Below are positions 41,126 to 54,943 of a stretch of 64,000 nt of DNA, piece after piece; within the stretch, counting starts at the first letter, position 1; each line of letters opens with the position of its first letter. Under the pieces are notes generated by a model, which searched no databases, was not told the origin of the DNA, and worked only from the letters and a program-made list of their open reading frames with translations. A program made the translations under genes and the position numbers. The DNA comes from the human T2T-CHM13v2.0 reference genome, Homo sapiens, in NCBI RefSeq assembly GCF_009914755.1, contig NC_060926.1; one strand, given 5' to 3'.

Positions 41126-43317
41126 GGTTAGACATACACATTTTCAATTATAGCAGGATGCAATTTAAATTCCTGGCATTGAACATAGAACTTTAGAAAA
41201 TGTCCCTTCTCCATGTTCTAAAAGATTCTACATCCTGTGGTTTGAGGAACTCCCCCATCTTTTTTTTTTCCCACTCAGCCCTCCCTTTCTAAACTTCACC
41301 GCCCCACTCCACACCTCAAAGAGTGAAGGGGCTAGCTGACATATAACTAAAGCTCTGAAGTGGAAAGAAGGCAATATTTCAGATTGCAAAAAAGGACTTG
41401 AGATTAATATTATTAATGAACAATAGTTAAATAGTCTAGCACTTTTGTCAGAGACATATTGTGTGGCTTTGATCTTTTTATATACTTCATGAGTTCTTGA
41501 TCCAAGTTCTCACCTTGCTTTCCATACATGGGTCTTTATGCAGGATTCATTCCCAGGGGAAGTAGATCTCTGGAGGGCAGAATTCACAGGTCAGGGAGTA
41601 GTGATCGTCATGAGCTAAACAGTAAAAGTTCCCTTCGTCTTTCCTCCTTTGATGTACACAGCATTTTTGTCACCCTAGTTCCCTGTCAATTTTGTTATTT
41701 TGTCATTTTATTCTTTGAAAATTTTAAAGGTTAAAGCTTATGTTAAAGAACATGAAGTGCATGTTATGATTTTAAATTTAAGACTTTAGGAAAATTAGGT
41801 CATCCTGAGAGGTCTGCAAAAGAGCAAATCGTTCAGACGTTTGCATCTGCTCATTTTGAAATATACACACACACAATCTGATACCTTCTCCTTGACAAGT
41901 GATGTTCCAAATCAGCAGAAATTCTGCCAAGTAATTCATGGGACAGAGCAGAAGGAGAATATGAGTCATTAAAATATAGGCATAAACTTTAGTCAGACAA
42001 ACTGATGGGATTGCTGCCAAAGAAAAAAATCTTGCAGTTGGGCCACCCTCGTAGATTTCTCCAACAAACTCAGACAGATAGTGCTGTGTTTAGTGACTAG
42101 ATTCTATGGCTCTGAATTATAGCACCTATCATTTCATTGTTTCAGAGGAGAACTATTTGAGTGAAAATATTATTTCAATGCAAATAATAGAAGGATAAAG
42201 AAAGTGGCACTCATTTCTCTGAAAGTTTTTACCTTGTGTACTGGAAATAAGAAAAGGAGGCATTGAATCTACTTGGGAATCTGAGTCGAGATTCTTAAAT
42301 CAGGATTTTTAAGCTTTATCATCCATAAAAACCACCTAGACCACATATTAAAGGTGCATATTCCTCCTATGGATTCTGATACAACAGGCATTTTTCACAG
42401 GCTCTAAAGGGGTTAATGGTATGTGGATTCCACTTTATAAAAAGGCTGTCAAGTAGGCCAAGGCTGTTGGGCATTGGGAAAATAAGTGGGCATATGATAA
42501 AGGCTCAATAAATATTTGTTGAATGAATTCTCTCTAGGTCTTAGAAACATATTATTTTTATTTTTCTTTCATGTGAGCAGATTGCCAACAGGCTTATTTG
42601 GGTTTATATTGTTTCAGAGAAACTCAAATTTTCCCCATTTATTTATTGTCTGCTTGTGTTATATGAATTTTAGTTGCTGCTGGCAGAAAACTCAAGTTAC
42701 ATTAACTCTCCCCTTTCTAGTAATTTGGTGATCTGGGGCACTTCTTTTGATCTCCTTTGGCCTTTAAAATTTTAACCTCCTTTGACCTTTAAAGTTTTAA
42801 AATTTCTAATCTGGGAAGGTTAATAATTACTTTTCAAAATATCATATAGCACTGAAAAGAAAAAAAAGTACATGAAAAAATGCAGTATGAAGTTCTATAC
42901 CAATGTTATTTGTTTTGTGTTTTTTAGAAATAAATTGTAAACTGGAACTCAGAATTAAATAATAATAGCAGTGGGGATGAAGTCCTTCTAATCCTTTACT
43001 CTAGGAAAATGTTTTCCTTAATGACTGGGAGACAGCTGGGTTCAAAGTGAATGCAAGTTAAATGTCAGTCAATGAGTTGAAGTTGTTCCTTTCCCACCTC
43101 ATTTTGCTTTGTTGTTTCAAGAATCAGCATTACTGAGGCATTGGTTACTTTCATGTTAGCTCAACTCTAAAGATAGAGGTTGTGCAGGCTCTACTGAGGT
43201 CAGTTAACCTCTAACAAGAGAATGGACGGTTTGTTGGATGGAAAAGGCTTGTTAAGACAGTCAGACCACTTCTGAGCCTCCCTATCCCAAAAAGCCCCTA
43301 TTACAATGCATGCATGT

Positions 43318-43358
43318 TCACTCACACACACAGGTACACACACACACACACACACACA
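43318..43358. repeat. (CA)n microsatellite
   Basis: Interrupted CA run. Confidence 0.9.
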
Positions 43359-44091
43359 CTCCTCTGTAGCAACATTCCTTTAAATTCTTACCTTATAAAA
43401 GATAAGTCAGATGTGCTACTCCAACCTCCCCTCTAACTATATATATGCTATATATGCTGAAAGATAGTTTTTTAAGAGTGTTTCTGAGCAATTAAATCTT
43501 GGGAGTGGGGAAGGAAGTGAGGGAAACTAATTCCAAAGCTTTCTTTGTCTTTTCTTTCTGATAAAAGAGGTATAAACATTTCTGGGAAATGAATCATCCT
43601 GTCAATGCATGAGAAATGCAAATGCTTCCCTATTTAAACCCAACGTATTAAAATAAAATTAAAGAAGAGGAAGAAAGTATGGCTGTAGAGAAAATGTGGT
43701 GGGAATTAATCATACTGGCACAAGTTAGCCATACATTGCACAAAACAAGGCAGATTCCAGGGCAGGTGCTGCCTAGCCTGAAGGGCATCATGACCCACCA
43801 GGATCTGGCTCAGCTCAGCCTGTGGTTATTTTCTGTATTAGTCAAGATTTCTTGCAGTCCCAAGCATCAGAAGCACCACTTGAATTAGCTGAGGAAAAGA
43901 GAGGATTGCACTGGAAGTTGTCTCCCTGAACATAGGATTCATTCTCATGGATGACCCTTCTCCAAGAGGAAGGGAGCAGGAAAACCACCTCCTAAACCTT
44001 GAATCTTTCATCTTCAGTGCCCAAGAGGATACTAGCATGGTAGAGTAGGTCAGATTTGAGATACAGACAAGACCTAAAGTCGCAAGGTCTT

Positions 44092-44162
44092 GGTGTGTGT
44101 GATGGTGAGCACGTGTGTGTGTGTGTGTGCGCGCGTGTGCGTTTGTGTGTCTGTGTGTGTGT
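44092..44162. repeat. (TG)n/(CG)n microsatellite
   Basis: GCACGTGTGTGTGTGTGTGTGCGCGCGTGTGCGT... Confidence 0.9.
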
Positions 44163-46809
44163 CCAGGACAGCAATCTGTGGTGGACACAATGATGTGACC
44201 CACTGTCCAGATCCCTCTTCAGGAATGAAAGACTCCTATTCAACTCCTGAGAGCGTTGCTGCCGCCCTCTAATGTAGCCCTTTCTAGAGATTTCTCCCAC
44301 TGGAGAGACTCACCTCTCCCAAGGTCAAACTTGCTTCCTAGCAAACTAGGCATCTGGTGATTGATTGACAGGAACACAGAAAAGCCTGCTCTTCCCTCTC
44401 CAACCTAGGGAAGCTCTGAAAGGTCCCTCTGGCCACTCCTGCTCCCTGCCTGTCCACGGGTGTTGAATCCCAGATAACACCCTAACAAAGCTCTGGTCCA
44501 GTGACATCTATCTTTTCCTGGGAAAAGCCACCCAGTGACAACTGAGAAGGAAGACAGAACACAATTCTGTAGATCACTAACCTTTAAGATGCAAAAAGAG
44601 GAAAGATATATGCTTATGAAAACAGAGAATCGAGAAGGAGAAGACTGGTTCAGAGAGAGCAGTATTATAAGACAGGGTAGTTTCTACCTGATATGCTCTA
44701 TTGATTTATTTAGGTGAGTATATTGGCTTAGAGTTAGAGAAGAGCATTTGGTGTAGGGTTTTTGAGGAGCATAGTCAAAGTTTAATGGAATCAAGGGGGC
44801 TAATCACTGGAATAAGATAAAAGACTGACAAATGGTGTTGAGGATCCAGATGAGACAGAAAAATCTGATGTATCAGCACAAAACTGTGCAATAATATAAT
44901 TTACTCCTGCATCACTCAGTTTTCAAGACATAGGAGTGAAGAGGATAACTGAAGGAATGATACATATGTGTGGATTTATTTTAAGGGAGGTGGAGTGGTC
45001 ACATAAAAATCAGAGGCCAAGAGATTTAAGGCAGTAATTAATATAGAAAATATATATCACATACGTGTGTATATATAGATCATTGTTGATTCTTCTACAT
45101 CAAGGATATTCACATTATTCATATTTTATCCCCAAGCAATAATTAGAAGGAACTTTGCCACATTTTCTTGACTGTTTTAAGAAGGTATTCATTTGCAATA
45201 ACGTTTAGATGATTATTAATATAATAATGTTATAATTATGAAGCTATCATTTCATTTGCTTTGCTCTGTGTAAACAGTGATAAATTAAAACACACACAAT
45301 ATAGGTATACAACTATATAAGCAATTAAAATAGAAGGTAGGGATTGAGTCTTCTTTATTGATTGGGAAGACAGAGATTTGCAGCCCATGAAATGTGAAAA
45401 ATATGCTTTAAATTTACTTTCTGTTGACATGATTTCACTTCCCTTTCTAATAATGCAAGTCATCCTTGGGGTTGGAGGATAGAGAATGAGAAGGGTTAGA
45501 GAATAACTGGACTCCTATCTTTGGCTTTCCTAGAAGATTGGTGGGGAATAGTCTTCTTACCTTAGGCCGCTAGGCTTGATCTGCCTTGCGATTCTTGCAA
45601 GCAGAGCCCTGATGAAATGCAAGGGTAGCTACCTGCAATAAGACAAATAGATGATGAGAACAGAAGACAAGGGAAACCCACGAGGTTCAGATAAAGTGTA
45701 CAGTTCCCCTCACCCCTACCACCTTGTGCCTCATGTAACACCAACCACAGTCTTCTATCAACTTTCCTACTTGTTTACCAGTCTGTCTCTACCATTAGTG
45801 TAGAAGCTCCTTAGGGCAAGATCTGTGTGTCATTTGTCTTTGTGTCTCCAGAACCTGGTCTAGATCGTGGCTTTTGATGTGTTGTACAAGAAATATAGGC
45901 TGAAGGAAGGAACTCAACAGATAAATTTGGCAATTATTTTATAGATGTTGAACTAAAATGTCTCAAAACGTAATCATACTGGAGTAAAATTGCTTATTTT
46001 TAAGTTATCAACATTTGTAGTAATTCATTACAGAAAGACTTCACATCCCTGCAATCCAGGGTGAGGAATGAGTTGTATCCTTCCTGCCTGGCACAATGTT
46101 TGGTGTTTAGCTCAGCAGAAGGTTATTGCAGCTCCACTCCTTCTTCCATATGCTGGGAAAGCTCCACGCAGTTCATTAGGAAGGGTGGGATGGATCAATG
46201 CCAGTATTTAGATTCCCAAACTGTTCTCAATTAGGAAATGACTTCTGTGTTTCCCCCATTCAGGTGCTTTTGATTAGCAAGAAGCACAAATACGCAGTCA
46301 TACAGATATGTGCTCCCACAGTCAGAACCTACAAAAGCGAATCAAGTGCTTATCTGGCTTACATTTCTATACATTCCTTGACACTCACAGATGCTTCTTG
46401 AACCTGGCTGGCCTATCCTTGTGCATGGCTGCCAGGCTCCACAAGGTTAACTAAGGAACGCCCAAGGTTGTTTTCATTTTTATACTGGGGTCATGGCCTA
46501 TAAGATAGAGACATTCTGCTGAACAGCTATGTGACCTCACTAAGCCTCGGCCTTGCTGTCCCTGGAGTTGCTTTTAGATTGTAGGTGGGAATATTTTCCA
46601 CCACTAACTAATGTTTATGGATCAATTCTAGGTCTTCAGAAGGGAAAGATATAGATAGAAGATAGATAGATAGATGCATATATATATAAATAGAAAATAG
46701 TATCCACAATTGACCCCACGTTGCCCATTGCATTTGGATGCTGAGTTAAGATAAGAGCCTCTGAGAACAATGTGGTGGTGGAGAGGCTTCTCTTGTCCTT
46801 TTATCTTCA

Positions 46810-47260
46810 ATATTTCCCCCCTCCGCAGCCAGACAGACTTTCTAAGGTCTGCTCAGCTGATCAGTTTACTCTGCTGCTAAAAGGGCAAGGGCTTCCCATG
46901 ACTTTTCACATGAAAATTGAAATTCCTGACGTCTTCCACAGGCCCCAGCCTCCCTCCATGGCCCCACCTCACGTCAGCCCCACTGAGTCTAGCCCTAGCC
47001 CTCAAACCTGCTATTCTTTTTACATGCTCTTCCCTTTATCGGCTTCCCTCGTCCAGATTTCCAGATGACATCATCTCCTCCTAGCACGGGCTTTAATCTC
47101 ATCATATAATTCTCCTTTAGAGCATTTTACCCAGGTGTAATTTTTATTAGAATTCTGATTGTTTAATACATATCAAGACACTGCCACAGGCAAGACCCAT
47201 GCCCGGTTCATTCTGCACTGCACTCCAGTGTCCAGTCCTGTGCCTGACACATCAGTAATG
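46810..47260 (+). mobile_element. L2 fragment
   Basis: TCTGCTGCTAAAA...GCTTCCCATG...CACTGCACTCCAGTGTCCAGTCCTGTGCCTGACACA. Confidence 0.55.
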
Positions 47261-47376
47261 GGTGTGCTGAGCTCAGAAAATGGCCAAGAAAAGCTCCCTC
47301 ATGCCCACCCTGTGTCTACATATGTGCTTTGGCTGTGCCTTTAACTGCTACCCATCGTTTCTACTAAGCCAAATAG

Positions 47377-47670
<294 letters not shown>

Positions 47671-49879
47671 TAGTCTTTCTTGGAAGAAAATTTGATTATT
47701 GTATTTTAAGAAAATCAGTCATGATGATCAGTTATTATTTAAGATCAGTTAAAGAATATGCTATGCCTAAATAATGTACAAATTTACAACCTGGCCCAAA
47801 AATGAGTGCCTAGTTTCTTCTGCTACCAAAGCACATGGCATATTTTCTTGATTTGAACTTACTATTCCTGCATAATGGGTGCTGAATAAAATGTGTTACC
47901 TATATCAATATCAATATATGCCTTTTTCAGCTTCATTCAGCCAGTATGCCAATAACTATTGCAATAATTATACCAATATACCCTAATCATTAATGTTCTT
48001 TAAAAAATCCTGCTTCAATTGTTTTATATTTCCCAGGCAATGCAATCTCTATTACCTCATTCACAGTCATCTGTAAAATAAATACCTTCTATCACTAGGT
48101 CCAGTAGATGCAAAACCCTAGAAAAGTTTAAACAAATATTTTGATTTTGTTTACGTATGTGCCACCAGCTGCTTAAGAAAATCTGCACTTGAAATAAACA
48201 GAAATTACAGAAGAAATCCATATTGTTAACACCTGGATTTAAACACTCAACAAAAAGCCAGAAAGTAAACACTGCAATATTAAATACAATCAGCTGGGAG
48301 GAACCTACTCCCCAGTGGATCTGAGAAATTGTTTAATTTCACATAAAAGGGTCTCTGAATAAGTGGTAGGCAAAGGGAACAGAGTACATGGAAAGGGTAG
48401 GCTCCCTGTTGTGGAAATAGCCATCTTCTTTCATCAGAGTGGGTGTTGGTGGATTGTTGGAAAGGTTGGAACTCTCCAAATACACAGAGCTTCTCCTCTG
48501 ACTACACCCTTCCCAGCTTATAAAGAGGACCATTTGACCACACATTCACTTTCCATTAGCAGGAAGCCCACTTACTAAGTAAAGCCAGCAGCTTAATTCA
48601 GATAAACACTTACTGAGAGAGCAGTGAGCGCTGTGCTAAGTATCAGGAATACAGAGATTAGTAAAAGGAGTTACTTCCTACAGGGATCTACAATTTAGTG
48701 AGGGCTGAAATACCTGTGAAGGATTGTATAATATTCATAATACATGCTGGAATAGCGGTTAGTGCTAGGACTAGCAGTGGCTTAAAGTAGGAAATAATGG
48801 ACTCTTGCAGGCTTGGAAAAGACTTCTTAGAAGAAATAAGGGCCCATTTGAGTCTTGGAGAATGCCTAGGAGTTTCTCCAATATTTAGCAGAGGAATGAT
48901 AAGCTGGCAAATATGAAAGGGGTTGCAAATTCACATTTCAGGCATAGAAAACATCATTGCAAAAACAAAGAGGGGTTCCCAGTATTTCCCTGGAGTCTGA
49001 GCTTGCACGCAGGGCCAACTGCTATGTGTGTTGATACCTGTATCTGCAGTTGCTGGACCCAACTACACGAGCACATGGCGCCACCTGGGTTATCTCCTCT
49101 ATTTACACATATGCTCCATTGTCCTGTTGGATTTTACTTCCAAAACACAGAGTCAAATATAAAACTTTTAAGAATTCCAAAATGGTGAGAGTAAAATATT
49201 AAACCAAGTGTAGGGTTTTTCTCAGAGCAGGGCTACTGCACAGGTTCAAGCCTATAAAATCAGCCCTGCACTTAGCTCAATGTCAATTAATACATGATCA
49301 ACAAACTCTCAGTTTTCCCCTCTACCGCCCCTAAATGTAGTGTTAAATAAGCTTGGGATGTGGAAACACATTTGGATGTTGGGGAGGGGAAAGTGGACAG
49401 CAGTGGGATGAAGCTGGTATAAGAGACAGAGCCCAGATCAAGCCAAGTTTTATACCGCATGTTGAATTTGGTGTTTACCCTATAGGTCAAGAGGCATCAT
49501 GGAATGATTTGAGGCAGGGATGTCACAGATGAAATTTGTAGATTAGGAAATCGAATCCTGTGTTCATGTGGTAGATGGATTTGTTGTCTGAAAAATAGGA
49601 GAGGGTAAGCCAGGTTTGAGCACTACAGGTGGAGGAATCTTTTATCTCCCCCTGTGGCTGTAGAGATGATTGCTACCAGTTGGTACCTGCCATCTGTTCT
49701 AGTTTTGAATGGACATAACCTATTTCTCACACAAGAGTTAAAGTTCTGGGGGTGGTAGTCCTGGTGGTGATGGTGCCTTTTAAATACAAGATGATTTGTA
49801 TGATATTTCCTGTTAAATCAAGGTTGCCTTGGCTATTTGAGTGATTACATCAAAATCTTGACTCACGTAAGGGTCTTAG

Positions 49880-51312
49880 TGAGAGGTGACAGGGTGCTGG
49901 CAGTCCTCACAGCCCTCGCTCACTCTCGGCGCCTCCTCTGCCTGGGCTCCCACTTTGGCGGCACTTGAGGAGCCCTTCAGCCCACCACTGCACTGTGGGA
50001 GCCCCTTTGTGGGCTGGCCAAGGCCGGAGTCGGCTCCCTCAGCTTGCAGCGAGGTGTGGAGGGAGAGGCGCGAGCGGGAACCAGGGCTGCGCGCGGCGCT
50101 TGCTGGCTAGCTGGAGTTCCGGGTGGGCGTGGTCTCGGCGGGCCCCGCACTCGGAGCAGCCGGCGGGCCGGCCCTGCCGGCTGCGGGCTATGAGGGGCTT
50201 AGCACCCGGGCCAGCGGCTGCGGATGGGGTACTGGGTCCCCCAGCAGTGCCGGCCCACCGGCGCTTCGCTCGATTTCTCGCAGGGCCTTAGCTGCCTTCC
50301 CGCGGGGCATGGCTCGGGACCTGCAGCCCGCCATGCCTGAGCCTCCTACCCCCTCCATGGGCTCCTGTGCGGCCCCAGCCTCCCCGATGAGCGCCGCCCC
50401 CTGCTCCACGGCGCCCAGTCCCATCGACCACCCAAGGGCTGAGAAGTGCGGGTGCACTGCAGGGGACTGGCAGGCAGCTCCACCTGCAGCCCTGGTGCGG
50501 GATCCACTGGGTGAAGCCAGCTGGGCTCCTGAGTCTGGTGGAGACGTGGAGAACCTTTATGTCTAGTTCGGGGATTGTAAATACACCAATCGGCACTCTG
50601 TATCTAGCTCAAGGTTTGTAAACACACCAATCAGCACCCTATGTCTAGCTCAGGGTTTCTGAATGCACCAATGGACACTCTGTATCCAGCTACTCTGGTG
50701 GGGACTGGGAGAACCTTTGTGTGGACACTCTGTCTAGCTAATCTGGTGGGGACTTGGAGAACCTTTGTGTCTAGCTCAGGGATTGTAAACGCACCAATCA
50801 GCGCCCTGTCAAAACAGACCACTGGGCTCTACCAATCAGCAGGATGTGGGTGGGGCCAGATAAGAGAATAAAAGCAGGCTGCCCGAGCCTGCAGTGGCAA
50901 TCTGCTCGGGTCCCCTTCCCCACTGTGGAAGCTTTGTTCTTTCGCTCTTTGCAATAAATCTTGCTGCTGCTCCCTCTTTGGGTCCACACCTGCTTTTATG
51001 AGCTGTAACACTCACCACAAAGGTCTGCAGCTTCACTGCTAAAGCCAGCGAGACCACGACCCCGGGGGGGAACGAACAACTCCAGACGTGCCGCCTTAAG
51101 AGCTGTAACACTCACCGCGAAGGTCCGCAGCTTCACTCCTGAGCCGGGGAGACCATGAACCCCACCAGAAGGAAGAAACTCTAAACACATCCAAACATCA
51201 GAAGGAACAAACTCCGGACACGCCGCCTTTAAGAACCGTATCACTCACTGCGAGGGTCCACGGCTTCATTCTTGAAGTCAGTGAGACCAAGAACCCACCA
51301 ATTCCGGACACA
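49880..51312 (+). mobile_element. Complete LTR12C (ERV9) solo LTR, ~1.43 kb
   Basis: Starts TGAGAGGTGACAG..GCTGGCAGTCCTCACAGCCCTCG, ends AAGAACCCACCAATTCCGGACACA. CpG-rich U3, CCAAT repeats, U5 tandem repeats. Flanks TTAG/TTTG (4-bp TSD, one mismatch). Confidence 0.96.
50586..50872 (+). promoter_or_regulatory. LTR12C enhancer/promoter
   Basis: CCAAT at 50586, 50627, 50668, 50794 and 50832; GGGTGGGG 50848-50855; AGATAA 50858-50863; TATA-like AATAAA 50867-50872. This matches the established ERV9 promoter layout. Confidence 0.8.
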
Positions 51313-51669
51313 TTTGTATGAATTAAACCAAAATTATGTGTTATCATAAGGTAAATGGATTTAGTCTGGTGGTGTTGTGTATTACATAGGGACTACCAGT
51401 GTTCACCAATATTCTTGAATGAAGTTAATTATTATACCTGAATGTGATCCTCACAAAGGAACGATATTTTTAAAACCACTGTATTTAGTCATAAGTGCAT
51501 TATAAATCAATCAATGTATGTTCATTGATAAGGGAAGTTTTATGATTCTATTTGTAGAGAAGAGGTAATGTTTATATTTTGAATACTTCAGGTAGCTGTC
51601 TTTTTTGAATAAGATTTGTGATACCACAGTCACGATGGATTGGGGCGTCTAAAATTAACATAATGAAGT

Positions 51670-52102
51670 GATAGTTTTCAGTCCCAGCATTAGATTCACC
51701 TGGGGAGTGTTTACATTTTACCCTTGCCTGAGTTCCTCCACAACTGAGATAGAATCTGTATGGGTAGGACTTGAGTATCTGAATTTTCCACAAGCTTTGT
51801 TGACTTATACATATTTTAACTACAGTAAAATCTCATTTGAAAGTGATTTCTATCCCTATAGTTGTGCCTTTTCCAGAATATCATGTAAATGGAATCAGAG
51901 ACCATTAGTCTTTTTTGCCTGGTTTCCACTTAGCATATTTCTTTTGAGATTCATCATATTGCGGGTGTCAGAAGACCATTCCTTTAAACTGTATTGAGAA
52001 TATTGAGCAGTATTGTATAGTGTGATCATACCACAGGTTGGTGCAACCCTCTGAACTCTTTAAAAACTTCTGATAGCATAGCAAGGGTTGAGAACCACTA
52101 CT
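51670..52102. mobile_element. MER5-type element split by an antisense L1M fragment (~51840-52040)
   Basis: ATTCACCTGGGGAG...GAATCTG then CAAGGGTTGAGAACCACT, with the L1M-like TTCCAGAATATCATGTAAATGGAATC in between. Confidence 0.5.
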
Positions 52103-52489
52103 GTAAAGGAACTTACAAATGAATATTACTTTATATTTTATCAAATACCTATAGAGGACTCAGTCGTTGTACTTGCACTGATTCATTTAATGGTCTATGT
52201 GGAAGAAGTTAGAATTATCACACACTAGTTTATAGACCATGCTATCTAGAACACATAATAACTTTGATCATATCTCTTTAACAATTATTTTTATTTGACA
52301 TTGCCTAAAACATTTTCCATGGCAGAGTGAATTCATACCACACATATCCAACTATCTCTTATGATCAGTGGGGCCTGAAAATGCTGGTGGAAGATTTATT
52401 TAAAAAAAAAAAAACATATTCCCGATCATCTTCTCCTACCCATAAATGGAAAATTCTTGCCTATACAAGACTAGTGTCAAGACCCAAAA

Positions 52490-52792
52490 TTATTATTATT
52501 ATTATTTTTGAGATGGAAGCCTTGCTCTGTAGCCCAGGCTAGAGTGCAGTGGCGTGATCTCGGCTCACTGCAACTTCCGCCTCCTAGGTTCAAGCAATTC
52601 TCCTGCGTTAGCCTCCTGAGTAGCTGGGATTACAGGCACATGCCACCAAGCCTGGCTAATTTTTATATTTTTAGTAGATACAGGGTTTCACCATGTTGGT
52701 CAAGCTGGTCTCGAACTCCTGACCTTGTGATCTGCCCGCTTCAGCCTCCCAAAGTGCTGGGATTACAGGTGTGGGAGCCACTGCACCCGGCC
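52490..52792 (-). mobile_element. AluS (Sg/Sc-like)
   Basis: Antisense dimer with a (TTA)n tail and CCTGACCTTGTGATC. Approximate TSD CA(A/C)AATTATTA. Confidence 0.92.
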
Positions 52793-53039
52793 CACAATTA
52801 TTAAACTATCTAACATATACATACTTCTGACCAAAAGCATTGGATAGCATTATGAAGATACTTCAGAATCCAAGTTTATAAATTATGGTTAAGAACAATG
52901 TATAAGGGCACAGCCACTTCCTTCATGAAAGCTTGGTGTAAGGATGTATCTGTGCCTTAGCCATCCTTTAAAGGAAAAACGCAGAAGTAATAGCATCAGA
53001 AATATCCTGGAAACTTCAATATAACAGTGAACATGCATA

Positions 53040-53270
53040 CAATTGTCTCTCCATATCTATGAATTTCACATCCAAAAATTCAATAAATCTTACACTGAAA
53101 ATATTCAGAAAAATAAATACTACAAACTAAAAAAAAGATACAACTATCTACATAGCATTTACATTATACTCAGTATTATAAGTTATCTAGGGATGATTTA
53201 AGATATACAGGAAGATATACATGAGGGTGGTCCTTGAACCAATGGTTCCTGGATACTGAGTGACGACTAT
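53040..53270 (+). mobile_element. MER2 (TcMar-Tigger) fragment
   Basis: TACATAGCATTTACATTATA...TATTATAAGTTATCTAGGGATGATTTAA...GGATACTGAGTGACGACT. Confidence 0.7.
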
Positions 53271-53486
53271 GGGTGACAGTGCTTCTTGGTTAAATGTGAG
53301 TTTCTGGGACAGTTTGTGAATTTCTGTGATGTAATAGATTATAGTGATGTTGGATACATAGAGCAACCGTGAGTCACAAGGAGATGGCTGCAGACCCTGA
53401 AGACTCTACGGAGGCTTACACAAGAGACATGCGGCTTGAGAACAAAGGCTTATAGAAATTAAAACACATATTAAGGGTGTTTCTCT

Positions 53487-54253
53487 AATGCAAATCAAAA
53501 CCACAATGAGATACCATCTCACACCAGTTAGAATGGCAATCATTAAAAAGTCAGGAAACAACAGGTGCTGGAGAGGATGTGGAGAAATAGGAACACTTTT
53601 ACACTGTTGGTGGGACTGTAAACTAGTTCAACCCTTGTGGAAGTCAGTGTGGCGATTCCTCAGGGATCTAGAACTAGAAATACCATTTGACCCAGCCATC
53701 CCATTACTGGGTATATACCCAAAGGACTATAAATCATGCTGCTATAAAGACACATGCATACGTATGTTTATCGCGGCACTATTCACAATAGCAAAGACTT
53801 GGAACCAACCCAAATGTCCAACAATGATAGACTGGATTAAGAAAATGTGGCACATATACACCATGGAATACTATGCAGCCATAAAAAATGATGAGTTCAT
53901 GTCCTTTGTAGGGACATGGATGAAATTGGAAATCATCATTCTCAGTAAACTATCACAAGGACAAAAAACCAAACACCGCATGTTCTCACTCATAGGTGGG
54001 AATTGAACAATGAGAACCACATGGACACAGGAAGGGGAACATCACACTCTGGGGACTGTTGTGGGGTCGGGGGAGTGGGGAGGGATAGCATTAGGAGATA
54101 TACCTAATGCTAGATGACGAGTTAGTGGGTGCAGCACACCAGCATGGCACATGTATACATATGTAACTAACCTGCACATTGTGCACATGTACCCTAAAAC
54201 TTAAAGTATAATAATAATAAAATAAAATTTAAAAAATACAAAAATTTTAAAAG
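53487..54253 (+). mobile_element. 5'-truncated L1PA3-like element with 14-bp TSD
   Basis: Intact ORF2 C-terminal 172 codons; 3' UTR GCTAGATGACGAGTTAGTGGG and ACCAGCATGG. TSD AAGGGTGTTTCTCT at 53473-53486 and 54254-54267, at a TT|AA site. Confidence 0.96.
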
Positions 54254-54943
54254 AAGGGTGTTTCTCTGAGTTAAATGAAGCTTCAACACCATTCTTTGAA
54301 AAGAATAAAGTGCATAAGGTTATGTGATGCTGAGACAAAATCAAGAACAATTTAAATTGTGAGTAACTTTCATTGCTGTTCCATGTTACCACCTCTCTCC
54401 ACCCTGAAAATGCTTCCATTGAGAACTGACCTTTCTGGAGATGACACTATTCATGACTATTGGAGTCTTTTGGCTTCAGTAAATAAAGTTCCCTGGAATT
54501 TCAAGAGTTTCCCTTGTGTGCCCTAGAAAAAAAAAAAATCATTCTTTTTCAGAATTGTTATGACTTGGCTTTGCTTTTTCTCTTAGAAAGTTAATGGGCA
54601 ATGCTTATCAAACTTGCATTGTTCAACAAGGTTAGGGAGATTTATTTCTCACTCTTCTGAAGGTCACTCCATTCATCACATTGCAAAAGTTCTTTCTTTT
54701 GGCAACCAAAGGATAATGGAGCGTTGATTTCCCTGGGGATTTTTAGTCTGTTCCCCCAACATGTATGCACACACAGACGTATTACTGAAGCAATCCCTAG
54801 TTTCTAAGGATGTACCAAATCTAGCAGAGACAGCAATGAGGTAATTCTAAAGTGAATGATAGCTTTGTCATCTGAAAAACAGACAAATGGAAACAACTTA
54901 AAAAAGAATTAACACAGGAATAAAAGATAACCTTAATAAAATG

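Noticed and set aside
49886-51244. Cluster of GC-rich ORFs and CpG island suggesting a gene 5' end
   Set aside because: It lies entirely within the LTR12C; the long ORFs result from high GC content.
51000-51270. Spaced direct repeats (GCTGTAACACTCAC...GCAGCTTCACT), superficially CRISPR-like
   Set aside because: These are the normal U5 tandem repeats of ERV9/LTR12; the DNA is eukaryotic and has no cas genes.
53488-54006. 172-aa intact ORF
   Set aside because: It is the C-terminal piece of L1 ORF2 in a truncated insertion, not a host gene.
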